Origin: Sphyrna mokarran
Lineage: Eukaryota
Length of the DNA stretch: 64,000 nucleotides
Assembly: GCA_024679065.1 (NCBI GenBank)
Contig: JAGIQG010000008.1
Span: 35,092,001 to 35,156,000 of the forward strand
Reading direction: 5' to 3'
The translations under genes and the position numbers were made by a program. Positions 51,367 through 63,340 of the stretch are shown here, piece by piece. The notes below the pieces were generated by a model, which saw nothing but the letters and a program-made list of their open reading frames with translations, had not been told where the DNA came from and did no database searches. Positions within the stretch are counted from its first letter, which is position 1; every line of letters starts with the position of its first letter.

Positions 51367-52306
51367 TATTTTATAAATATTGGAGGCAAAAATTTTCAGT
51401 GGAACTGCAGCATTTGATGCTAGACTTAAATTTAATCATGTTGTTATGAAATATAAAATTCCACATACAGATCATAAGACAATTGAATAGCAAAAAGCAC
51501 TTTAAAGTATGACATTTAGAAAATAAAGTGTCAGTATATCGGCCATATGATCAGAACTGAAAAGCTATAGCAATTTGGAAAGCAAAGTGGCAGGCAGGAA
51601 AAAACAGAGGTTAATCTAAGCTAGTTGGATGACAGAGTGGTTGCAGATGAGTTAGTGGATGTGAGGATGGTGCAAGACAGACACACATGATATATCACAA
51701 CAGCATAGCATTGTGAAATGTCTCTTATTTTTAAATTGCCTTTAAAGTCATATTTTAAGTGTTTGTAAATTTCAGTTGCTGAAAGAAAAATGACGATGAA
51801 ATAAGATAAAGAAAAGTGAAATACCATTCTGAAGCATTATATAACTCAAATAGTTATGGAAACTGTACGACAGAGAATGAACACAATGTTTATCATTATG
51901 GCTATGGAATATAGATAAGGCCAAAGTCAGAAAGCAATTTATAACAATCGTACTAAATTAGACTTTCAAGAAAAGTGAGAAGAACAATGATTTTTAACTT
52001 CTGGATAATAGACTTCAAAGGGATGAGGAAAAATCTACCAATGAAAGTGCATGCACTATCAGATGGGGATTGAAGATAGTGTAAAGGAAGAAATTAAAAC
52101 ATTATCTATATGCACTACCAGTGCTGTTACAACTAAGTGCTAACATTTTTTAACATTGAATTCAAAGTTCGCAAGAGAAATTTATATCAAACAGTTAATG
52201 CTTGAAAAGCACAATGTTTTAATAAATCATATGGATAGAAAAATGAGACATATAACCTGTTCTTTTTATTTCCTCTTTCAGTAACTTATGTCCCTTATTT
52301 CCTCAG

Positions 52307-52389
52307 TGCTGTGACCAAGAGATCAAAGTCACCATCAACACAGGCTGCCAACAGAACACAATCTCCACCAATTGCTTAAACAGAATAGG
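52307..52389 (+). CDS. NRIP2: NRIP2 coding exon 3 (start of retropepsin-like domain); too short for the ORF track
   Basis: Acceptor cccttatttcctcag and donor GG|GTAAGA; 83 nt, phase 0/2. CCDQEIKVTINTGCQQNTISTNCLNRIG aligns to recalled human CQDQLLRVAVDTGTQYNRISAGCLSRLG. Confidence 0.9.
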
Positions 52390-52869
52390 GTAAGATATCA
52401 GTTAGCCAGTGAACCACTCTCATTTTAAATTGAGAAGGATTTTTAGAGACAAGCAAACTGAAGATCTGTGGCCTGATAGAGCCGGTGTTGTTTGTTTCAT
52501 AAGGCACTAGATGCCAATTAAGCCATTTTAACCAACTGCTATCAGCTGGCTGTTAGCTAATTGAAATGTTTGTATTAGAATCTCTATTAATACTTAATCT
52601 AATAATCATTATGTTATAGACTGCATTGCAATCTTGCTGGATTTTTCTGACCTATTATGTTGTAGATTGCTGACTGCTTCAAATCAAAGATGTTCTGAAG
52701 CAAGATGATGAAGTAGGAAACCAATTGCCAATCTTTTATTTAATATTAGATTTACTTACATAAAGCAATAATATACATGTCTGTCTCCTCCTTCACCAAT
52801 GCCACATGTTTCAGAACTCTTATATATCTTCTCTGAGCTATCTCTTGTAATCTAGGATGGCCCTCTTCT

Positions 52870-53600
52870 ATTTCAGTTTGATGGATTCTGGATGGCTGAT
52901 ACATCCAATATTACTGCCACATGCAGAGCAGGTGTTGTTTGAAGGGTTGAGTACATGAGTTGTTTGGAGGTTTATGCACTTCATCTGCCTTTGTCTCTGC
53001 ATGTTTATGACAAAGTCACTGTTCAGTGCTTGCTTGCCTAAATGAGCCTTCTCCATTTTGACTGTCTGCAAGCCACAGACTCTCATGAGTCGGCAGTGAT
53101 CCTTGATTTTTTTCAAGGATGCTTTAAGGACATCTGTGAACCATTTCTGCTGTCCTTCTTGGAAGCTCCTGCAATGACTGAATTCAGAATACAGCAGTGG
53201 CTTCAGGAATCTGGTGTCAGATATACAAACAGCATGTCCTGCCAGGGGAGCTGGTTTTTGAATAATTAGCTCAAGTTGATTTGGAAAAGGATGCTGTTTT
53301 TGAACCACTTCTCTTCCCACAGATATGCAGAATCTTGCAATGGTCTTATCGTCTAATTTTGAAGGCATCACCGGTAATAATTCTCTAATGCCTCAGAGGT
53401 GCTTGCCATAAGTAGCTCAAGCTTCGAAGCACGCAGGAGCATGGGTATCACTGCCATCAAGTAAATCATGAGCTTAGCCATGGATTTGAGATCCAAGTCC
53501 TGAAAGATTCTTTTCCATAGTATGCCGCATAGCACACTGGAAGCAATGATCATTATTATATCTGCTTTCATCGAGTGGCAGCTCCCAAGATAGGGAAAAT
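52870..53600 (-). mobile_element. RTE (BovB-like) LINE 3' fragment
   Basis: KPLLYSEFSHCRSFQEGQQKWFTDVLKASLKK and a decayed C-terminal zinc-finger-like segment CSAC...GCISH. Confidence 0.8.
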
Positions 53601-55429
53601 AATCCCTATTCTTTATGTCTCTAACTATTTAATCAATGCCCTCACTCATGTATTCTTAATCTTAATAATACAACTGATGCGCTGTTAACCGATTCCCTTT
53701 TTTAAAAAAATTGAAATACATGTCACCAGAAATATTTCAGAACAAATTGCAGGGAAAATAAATAAATGATTTTCCATATTTTGTACACACATCTTGGTAC
53801 AAGATGTCCCCTTTATCCTTCTTCATTTCAAGGCCCCCAAAGTTTGACTTTGAATTTTAAGTTCACCTTTTAATCATATTTTTAACAAATTGCTCACATT
53901 CCACAGAATTCCCAATAGAAAATCATCAACCTGCATAATAAAAATGCCTCTCTACTAGCTGCCCCAGGCCTTCTTAAAGTGCTGCTCATTGTAGTTGTAC
54001 TTTATAACCTTGAAACAAGATGGTCTTCACAAGTGACGATTAATGTCCTTAACTTATAATGCAGGATTATAAAGAAGCAATCGGGAGCTGATGTCCACAA
54101 AGCTCTGTACCCAGCACGTAGATGTATAATTAAATAAAGTTCTTGATTATACTGAAATGAAGCACAATGAAAATGCCCAAGTTTCCCTTTGTGGTATCAG
54201 TAGAATATTGCTGGATCTGCTTTCTGAGTCTACTTTCAGTAAGACAGTCTTAACTGACAATACCATACCTTCAATGTATTATTCAGTCCATTCATCTGTT
54301 TAATTTCCACAGCTTCCTTTCTACATTGCTTGCCTCTTTATATATTTTCAAAAACACTTCTCTCTGGATTTTTTCTCTGCAAAAATGTGTTTTTTTATAT
54401 TAATGGCTTACATTCCCATAAATATGTGGCCAGCAAAGCCAATAACATTTTCAGAATTACTTTTTGCTACTGTGGGATATCCACTATAACCTATTGATCT
54501 CTAAGTTTCTCTTCAAATCCCAAGCCTTTAGTGTCACTTTAGCTTTATATCCCATCTGCAAGGGCATTTTTGATACATTTTGAACTATATGATAAGGTAG
54601 ACTATCCCCTATCTGGTACTTAAAAGGAGACTTTCAACTCTTTGTTTTGCCATTCTTATTAAACTTATCTTCTATTGCCATCTACCATGACTTTGCAATC
54701 ATTGGCATCTACTAGTAGTCCTAGATTGATAATCCTTCGTCCATTTCATAATTTAGGGCAACTACATGCTCAATGTCTTCCTGAACATGAAGTACAGGAT
54801 CTCTCCCTTTCAAGATCAGAGATTCTATTGTCCATATGTGGACATTTCCTAAAGCGTGAATCATTCCCAGGTGCAAGAGTCACTCTCAAATTCCAAGTGC
54901 GCTCACACTACATTATTTTGCTTGCCACTGTTTCAGCCCATCTTACCAGTTCATAGATCTTGCCTTTTGCCCATCATTTTGGACATTTAGCCATTATTTA
55001 AACTTGTACTTTTTCTCTCCCTACCATAGTCACATCCCTGCATTGATTGGGCCTCTCTAGTATATAATATCTAGTATATACATACAGTATCTTTCTTTTT
55101 TTTCATGGCGTGTTCTCTGAGGCTAACAGCAGCTGTTTCTTCAGTTGTGGTGTTTTGCACTGATTTTTGGGAGTTCTGATCAGCTAATCCTGCTGTCTAG
55201 TGGGAGATTTAAGTAGCTAGCCCTCACATAGGTTTCAGTAGCTCCTTAAATGTTATTTCCCATTGATTTCTCCATGATCTCACACAGTGTCTTTCAAGAT
55301 GGTGCCAGAGTGTGGAGATTTCTTGCCAGCTATCCCCAACATACCCTCTAATTCTATCTTTTAGTCTCATTCTATGCTTTTAAAACTCTATTCTAATTCA
55401 TATAAACTGTCCAACAATGCTACTACCAC

Positions 55430-55548
55430 ACAACATTCTGCATCATCTGCTTTCCTTCTCTATTTATGCTTTGTCTGTATAGCACAAGAAACAATTCTTT
55501 TCACTGTATACCAACACATGTGACAATATAAATGAAATCAAATTAAAT
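55430..55548 (+). mobile_element. Rex1-type 3' end
   Basis: gcacaagaaacaattcttttcactgta...gtgacaatataaatgaaatcaaat, matching the reverse complement of 16900-16960. Confidence 0.6.
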
Positions 55549-55715
55549 ACTTTTCCCTGGGATTGATTACATTCATTTTTTAATTTTAGCTCTTAAGGTT
55601 TAAAAGTAAACTCACCCTATCTTTACTTTAATTCCTTACTTTTTTTTTTGAATTATAAGAGCTAAAGAAAAGTAAACTCACCTTATTTTTACTTCCTGAT
55701 ACTTTTTTTTCACAA

Positions 55716-56035
55716 GGTGGAGATAGTGGCCCAATGCTACTGTCATTGGACTAGTAATTCAAAGGCTCAGAGCATTGTTCTGGTGACCCAGGTTCAAATT
55801 ACACCAGCTTTCATGATAGAATTCAATAAAAATCTGAATTAAAATTCTAATGATGACCATTATTGATTGTTGTAAAAATCCAACTCTTATCACTAATATC
55901 CTTTAGGAAAGGAAATCTGCCATGTGACTCAAGACACACAGCAACATGCTTGACTCTTTAAATGCTACTCAAGCCATTCAGTTCATGGGCAATTAGGAAC
56001 AGACAATAAAGCGAGACCTACTTCCCATTAATGAA
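55716..56035 (+). mobile_element. tRNA-derived SINE sharing its 3' tail with the LINE at 295-930
   Basis: A-box-like tagtggcccaatg, B-box ggttcaaat, and tail gggcaattaggaacagacaataaa. A partial second head lies at 56178-56245. Confidence 0.65.
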
Positions 56036-57719
56036 TTGGTAAAAAGAAAGTTCAAATTTACTCCTGTTGTTGCTGTGTTTGACTATCTGTCCTTCTTGGC
56101 TCCTTACTACATAAAATCCAGTTATTTTTGTTAGCTTTGAGTCTCACAGTCACTCTTACTCCAATTATCTAACATTACTCTGGGGACTCTGGTTCAAATA
56201 CCACCATGAAGATGATGGAATTTGAATTCAATAAAAATCTGAATATTCACAACAATTTACATCCTAGTACATAAACAAGAGTACAATGGTGTTACCAAAA
56301 AAGTACAATTTCTTTGTTTTCTTGGCACGATTGCCGTTCTGTCCCTTATCCAGTACATTTTGTTTCTCATCATCATCATCATCAAACATGGGTATGTGAG
56401 TGATAGGGTGCCTCATTGCTTTCTGTTAATTGCTCAGACCCTGAAAATTTGTAATCAGTGCTAATTAACTGAGACAAATGGACCTTAATAGCTTAATTAT
56501 CATGTTGGAGAAGCACTAACTTTACCATCTCCATCTCCTTACCACAACCTTTCCACTCTTTCTGACCCTCTTTCATAACCTCACAATTAAAATTTAAAAA
56601 TGGATAGTCTTTTGCAATGCCTTAGACCTATCCAATTTTTCTCTTGAGACTTCTGCCTCAATGAATGCCCTGCTTCCTGCAGGTAAGCATTCAAGTGTCA
56701 ATAAAATGAAATTAATTGCAGTTCATTCTAGGGTTGGGAGCTATTATGCAGCACAGAAGATATTTTGGATTCCTCCTATAAGTAAATTGATAAGGATTGT
56801 AGCCTCCAAGAACCCCAATCATTTGAACTGATTTTTTGCATGGACTGCCGATGCTAGGACAATTGTTTACTTGCAGTTTAGTTGATGGGCTACATTATCT
56901 CATCAATTACCCCTTGATCCCTTTCAGAATCCATTGCTATTTAGCTGACATTCCCAATCTGGTCTGTATCTATTTTGCCATTACTTTATTTACAAATATC
57001 TTTTGTCCTTACCATGTATCACTACAGAAAGACTGAATTTGGTTGCCATTTCTATACAATATAAAATGAAAATATGTTTTTGTCTTATAACTTCATATCT
57101 TTAATTACTTCCTCATTAAAGTCTTGTACCAATGGTTGACTTACCAATGGATTGTGGCAGCATCCTCCAATACTTTTTTAGATATATACATTTTTCAATA
57201 ATCTCTTCAATGTGACTTATATACTTATCATTAACCACATCTGTGTCCTTTAGTGGGATTTTTAGTCTGTGACAAGGGTGAGCAGATTGTCTTTGTAACG
57301 TTAAGACAATTTGCTATTTTTCCTCAAATTATGATCACCTGAAAGTACTGACATTTCTTTAACATTAGGAAAACTATATTTTATTACGAGGATGAAATTA
57401 TGTCCTGATTGGGTGAACTGTAGATCTACTGATTTTCCAAACATAACTGTTTTTTCGTGTCCTATGTCTAGCTTCATTTGTGCCTTTTCATGGAAGGCTT
57501 GCTTAACAACAGGCATATCTCATAAGAGACTACAACTGTACAAAGGAAGTGGCTTACTCCCGTTATTTTACATGGAAACACCACTCTTTGCAGTTCCCTC
57601 AAATGAGTTGTCATTCCCCGAACACTAAATAAGTAGTATTTCCACATGCTCTGACTTTATTTCAATTTTTACTACAGAGTGAATCTAAACAATATTTTAA
57701 CTAATTTGTTCCAAGTACT

Positions 57720-60340
57720 AGAACATGGAACATAGAACACTACAGCACAAACAGGCCCTTCGGCCCACAAGTTGCGCCGAACCCATCAAAACCTACCCAG
57801 CCATAGACCTATCTATAACCCCCAATCCCATTGGATCCCATATACTCATCCAGAAGTCTTTTAAAAGACCCCAGCGAATTCGCCTCGACCACCACCGACG
57901 GCAGCCGATTCCATTCACTCACCACCCTCTGAGTGAAAAACTTTCCCCTAGCATCCCCTCTGTACTTGCTTCCCTGCACCTTAAATCTGTGCCCTCTTGT
58001 CGCGACCATTTCAGCCCTGGGAAATAGTCTCTGAGAGTCCACCCTATCTATTCCTCTCAACATCTTGTAAACCTCTATCAGGTCGCCTCTCAACCTTCGT
58101 CTCTCCAGGGAGAACAGTCCCAGCTCCCTCAACCTGTCTTCATAAGGCATGCCTCCCAATCCAGGCAACATCCTTGTAAATCTCCTCTGCACCCTTTCAA
58201 TAGCTTCCACGTCCTTCCTATAGTGAGGCGACCAGAACTGCGCACAGTACTCCAAGTGTGGTCTGACAAGGGTCCTTTAAAGCTGCAGCATTACCTCCTG
58301 ACTCCTGAACTCAATCCCTCGATGAATGAAGGCCAGTACACCGTAAGCTTTCTTAACCACATCCTCCACCTGGGAGGCCGATTTGAGAGTCTTATGGACC
58401 CGGACCCCAAGATCCCTCTGCTCTTCCACACAGCTAAGACTCCTACCTTTGATAGTGTACTCATTCATCCCGTTGGATCTGCCAAAATGGACCACAACAC
58501 ATTTATCCGCGTTGAAGTCCATCTGCCACTTCTCCGCCCAGTCTTGCATCCTGTCAATGTCATGCTGCAACTTTTGACATCCCTCCAGACCATCCACAAC
58601 ACCACCGACCTTCGTGTCATCGGCGAACTTACTCACCCATCCCTCCACTTCCTCATCCAGGTCATTTATGAAAATGACAAACAGCAAGGGTCCTAGAACA
58701 GATCCCTGGGGCACTCCACTGGTGACCGACCTCCATGCAGAAAAAGAGCCATCCACAACCACCCTCTGCCTTCTGCAGGCAAGCCAGTTCTGGATCCACA
58801 AGGCCAAAGCCCCTTGGATCCCATGGCCTCTCACCTTCTCAAGAAGTCTTGCATGTGGGACTTTGTCAAATGCCTTGCTGAAGTCCATGTACACCACGTC
58901 CACTGCTCTTCCTTCGTCAATGTGTTCAGTCACATTTTCGAAGAACTCAATTAAGCTCGTAAGGCACGACCTGCCTTTTACAAAACCATGCTGACTATTT
59001 CTAATCAACCTAAACTTCTCCAAATGCTCGTAAATCTTGTCCCTCAGAAGCCTCTCCATCAGCTTACCAACCACTGAGGTCAGACTCACCGGTCGGTAAT
59101 TTCCAGGACTATCCCTGTTCCCTTTCTTGAAAATAGGGACCACATCCGCAATCCTCCAATCCTCCGGAACCTCTCCCGTCTCCATCGACGACGCAAAGAT
59201 CATCGCCAGGGGCTCTGCAATGACATCCCTCACCTCCCACAATAACCTGGGGTACATCCCATCTGGTCCCGGAGACTTGTCTATCTTGATAGCATTTAAA
59301 AGTTCTAACACATCCGCTTCCTTAATATCTACATACTCAATCTTTTCAGTCTGCCGCAAACTTGTAGTGCATCCTCCCAGATCACTTTCCACCGTGAATA
59401 CTGAGGCAAAGTACTCATTAAGCACCTCTGCCATTTCTTCCGGTTCCATACAGACTTTTCCCCCTTCACCTTTTATAGGTCCTATCCCTTCTCTTCTCAT
59501 CCTTTTACTTTTCACATATTTGTAGAAGGCCTTGGGATTCTCCTTAATCCTACCAGCCAAGGCCTTCTCATGACCCCTTCTGGCTCTCCTAATTTCCTTT
59601 TTAAGCTCTCTTCTATAAGCCTTATACTTCTCTAGATCCCCAACATCTCCTAGCTCTTTGAACCTTTTATACACCTTTCTTTTCTTCCTGACTATGTTCA
59701 CCACAGCCTTCGTGCACCACGGTTCCTGCGTCCTACCAAAACCTCCTTGTCTCACCGGAACGTTGTCGTGCAAAGCTCCAGACAAGCATTCCTTGAATAT
59801 CTGCCACCTTCCTTCTGTGCTTTTCCCCAAGAACACCTCCTTCCAGTTTATTCGCCCCAACATCTGCCTGATGTCTTCATATTTCCCCTTATTCCAGACA
59901 AACACCTTCCTAGCCTGCTTGATCCTATCCTTTTCCAATGCAAGGGTGAAGGAGATAGAATTATGATCTCCATCCCCAAGATGCTCTCCTACCGAGAGAT
60001 CCATCACTTGTCCTGATTCATTAGCTAGTACTAGGTCCAGTACAGCCTCTCCTCTCGTAGGTTTGTCCACGTGCTGTGTCAGGAAACCCTCCTGAACACA
60101 CCTAACAAACTCCTCCCCATCCAAACCCCTTACCCTTGGGATATTCCAGTCGATGTTTGGGAAATTGAAGTCTCCCATCACAACAACTCTGTTATTTCTA
60201 TATCTCTCCAGTATCTGTTTCCCTATCTGCACCTCAACTTCCCTGTCATTATTGGGCGGCCTATAGAATACACCCAGCAACGTCACCGACCCTTTGCTAT
60301 TCCTAACTTCCACCCACAGAGACTCCGTAGACATTCCCTG
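57720..60340 (-). mobile_element. Young 5'-truncated CR1 LINE
   Basis: ORF2 from mid-APE endonuclease (GDFNFP, LDLVL, DH) through RT (GVPQGSVLGP, FADD) to the 3'UTR and a (ttctatg)n tail. CpG-rich. Confidence 0.97.
57809..60334 (-). pseudogene. CR1 ORF2 (partial endonuclease plus RT) with a single in-frame stop
   Basis: ORFs 58277-60334 and 57809-58255 share one frame and read MLQL*RTLVRPHLEYC, with TAA in place of the conserved Tyr. Confidence 0.92.
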
Positions 60341-61204
60341 TGATTACATCACAGGGAATTACAGATTACATTACATTACAGATGTGATTACATCTGTTGA
60401 GATGTAATCACTATCTGCCACAGCAAAATGAATCTGTGACTAATACATTTATTAACTGACTAAAATCTCTTGTGACTGGTACAATTTCATTAGATCAATT
60501 ATTATCATTGTAGTCAACCATGGAATCCTCTGTATCATGCATTGCTGTGTCTTTTTGCTGTTCCACTTTGGTCAGTTCATCGCATTATGACACTTTTGAG
60601 TCACATCTGAGGAACTTGTTAAAAGTTCTTGGGAATTCCTGGGGTTTATTTGTCTGTTAATGCTACTCCAATTCTGTCATCTGTTCGAACTGTTAAAATT
60701 TGTCTTCACCCTCATTCCTTTTGTATGTCACTCTTCTGTTACCTGTGATACCTGTGCTACATATCCAAACAAGCTTGAAACAATTATCGAGTCCTCCAAC
60801 CTTTGAAACATGGCAGAATTTCCCATTTGCACCATCAACACAGCTGGAAATAACTGCTTCTCTAGAAATTTTTTAAAAGCAGCAGACATTTGATCTAAAA
60901 ATATATATTTTTTGAATGCCAGTTATGATCCACAGAAAATGTTTTAGTATAATCAGCAGTTTAAATATGAGCACTGAATAAGGAATCTCCAAACTGAATT
61001 TCTGAAATCTTTTTATACAGTCTGTTGAAGTTCATGGTATATTGCCCAATGGAATGACAGTCCATCTTTCGAAACCTATCAAAGTTTGACCATGCCTTGT
61101 AGGCATCAAATAAATTATCTTTCTTGTAAATTTTATCCATAAGGCTAGAAGATCCACACTTTCATCAGTATCCCACTGACAGGCATAGAATTATTCAAAG
61201 GGTC

Positions 61205-61405
61205 AGATTTATGTGAAACTCTCTTTCCCGGAGAACAATAGAGGCAGGGACATTGAATCATTTTTAAGGCAGAGATAGATAGATTCTTGACTAACAAGGG
61301 AATCAAAGAATTTTGAAGATAGACAGGAAAACGGTGTTAAGGCCACAGTCAGATCAGCCATGATCTTATCAAATGGCAATGTAGGCTCCAAAGGCCAAAT
61401 GTTTC
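61205..61405 (+). mobile_element. CR1 3' end nested in the copia gag
   Basis: tttttaaggcagagatagatagattcttg...gatcagccatgatctt...aaggccaaatg. Confidence 0.75.
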
Positions 61406-61614
61406 TGATTTTCCCTTTGCCAGAAATAGACAATGCTGAGGCTATACCTTTTTTTGTCTTTGGCAAGGATGTAATCTGTATACAAATATCCACTTCATTT
61501 GTCCACTGGTCAAAAGATTCAGATTCAAAGAAAACTGGGAGGTGATAATATCCTGACAGTTTACATGTGTTTCCAGCCATGCTTCACAATAGTAATTCAG
61601 ATTACAATCTTCAC

Positions 61615-61950
61615 AAAATCATAGATTTTTTTACAGAGCCTGTATCCCTACACATTCATCACTTGCAGATAACAAACCACCCAATTCTGCTTGATTGCCT
61701 CAATTGAACCTGTCTCCGACAGGTATTGTGTTCCTGCTAGTAACCACTCTCTGCATAAATATATTTTTTCATGTTGCCCTTGCTTCTTTTGTCAATTACC
61801 TCAAATCTGTGCCCTCTTAGTCTTGATTCTTCCATCAATGGAAACAGTTTTCTCTATCTACTTTGTCTAGACCTCTCAGGATTTTGCTCAACTTTCACTT
61901 CTGCTATGCAAATAGTCCCAACTTCTCTAATCTATCCATGTAACTGAAGT
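61615..61950 (-). mobile_element. Decayed CR1 3' fragment
   Basis: aatcatag tail, taaccactctctg, ctgtgccctcttag. Confidence 0.6.
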
Positions 61951-62515
61951 CTGTATGAAAAACAGTCTTTGTAACTATCTTCTGCTATCTTGTGAATTAT
62001 TTCTGAAATCAGGGGTGAAATAGGAAATCAAATGCCAATCTTTTACTTATTCCTACAGAAGCCAATATTATATGCTTGTCTCCTCTCTAATCAACTTGCA
62101 GACGTTTATCTTTATGTGCTCTTTTTGAAACTGATAAAATAAACATACTAATTAATATAAACAACTCTGAAAGGCGCACATCAACTAGTGTTAGTTTTGG
62201 AACACCAATCTTCCATCTAACGAACACGTTAACCAATTGCATCACAGGGACAAGTCTCTCTTTGTGTATTCACAGTACTTAATGAATCAATGCTCTTCAC
62301 CCTTTGTATCCTTAACCATAATAGAATTAACAGAGAATAACAGAAGGAGGGAAAAAAAACTTGCTACAACTAATGTTAAAATGTGACTGTTGAGCTCAAT
62401 CTATCCCTAAGGAAACTTAATTCACAAAACAACAAGGTTTGAAAATGTAGATTAATACTGCCAATGGTTTGAACCAGCATGGCATTGACAATGAAAGATA
62501 ACTGAACATTCCAAT

Positions 62516-62636
62516 GATGTGGAGATGCTGGCATTGGACTCAGATGGGCACACTCACCTGATGAAGGAGTAGTGCTCTAAAGCTCGTGATTCCAAATAAA
62601 CCTGTTGGACTTTAACCTGGTATTGTGAGACTTCTT
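62516..62636 (+). mobile_element. Minimal (about 120 bp) Penelope-derived element with hammerhead remnant and 15-bp imperfect TSD
   Basis: actgaacattccaat (62501-62515) versus actgaatattccagt (62637-62651). CTGATGA-A-GGAGT-AGT-GCTCT-AAA at 62558-62581. Starts with the same gatgtggagatgc end as the copies at 12941 and 28583. Confidence 0.75.
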
Positions 62637-63114
62637 ACTGAATATTCCAGTAATTGTTTTATAGATATTATTTCCGCAAGTATTAATTTAAATGCGGAAT
62701 AGTTATTGCCAGGTTAGGCAAATGGCTTTACTCTTGGGTGAGATGAGATAGCGGAATACCAGTTTGACTAAAAGACGACAATACAACAAAACTGATTTGA
62801 GATAAACAAAATAGGAAACTGCAGAGAAGGGAAGCTCTGCCATAGGCTAAAGGCCAACATGCAGATGTGCAGTTTCTTTTAGGCAACTGTCATCCAGAAA
62901 GATCCTTCTGAGTGAGATAGTCTGCAATTGAATCATCGCTTTCACTATGTACATGCTGAAATCGAATGAAATAAATGAGTTTCAATTACAACTGATACTC
63001 ATGTTCTGTGAATCAGCTTAATTATTCATAGTTGGCCTTGTTCCATTAAGTCTACTCGAATCATCTTTGGAGAAATTGAAGAAACATTCATGCAAAAGAC
63101 ACAATATTTGGCCA

Positions 63115-63340
63115 GATGGGATGCATGTTATGACAAGGACACAAAGAGACTACAAAGATATATAGAGGGAAATGAGTGTTAAATGAGTGGACAACATGGT
63201 GGTGAGGATATTCATTTTGGTAGTAAGAAGAGAAAAGCAGAATGTTTTTATAAGGTTGAAACTTTTAAATGTTAACGTTCAAAGGGACTTGAGCACACTC
63301 GTACAAGGAGCACAAAGCTGGCATGCAAATGCAATTAGAA
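63115..63340 (+). mobile_element. Decayed CR1 fragment
   Basis: ctacaaagatatataga (LQRDID) and gttcaaagggacttg (VQRDL). Confidence 0.55.

Larger units (their letters stand above)
56450..61580 (-). mobile_element. Decayed Ty1/copia element (GalEa-like gag-protease-integrase; RT not seen), split by two CR1 insertions
   Basis: gag start PVFFESESFDQWTNEVD...LPKTKKGIASALS; protease remnant AVADSDYIST|VLGTN; KAQMKLD...FGKSVDLQFTQSGH; LQRQSAHP (HHCC region); AVHAKN...GYNPYQF; GSRAFIEAEVS. Confidence 0.7.

Noticed and set aside
55600-55710. Two copies of aaagtaaactcacc.tat.tttactt with a spacer (CRISPR-like)
   Set aside because: Only two units in a eukaryotic context; a simple local duplication.
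57725-60343. Multiple plus-strand ORFs of up to 157 aa
   Set aside because: Antisense shadows of the CR1 ORF2.
62041-62130. Possible NRIP2 exon 4 after the acceptor-like ttattcctacag
   Set aside because: The required frame gives SQYYMLVSSLINLQTFIFMCSF*, with no NRIP2 similarity. Exon 4 probably lies beyond the window.
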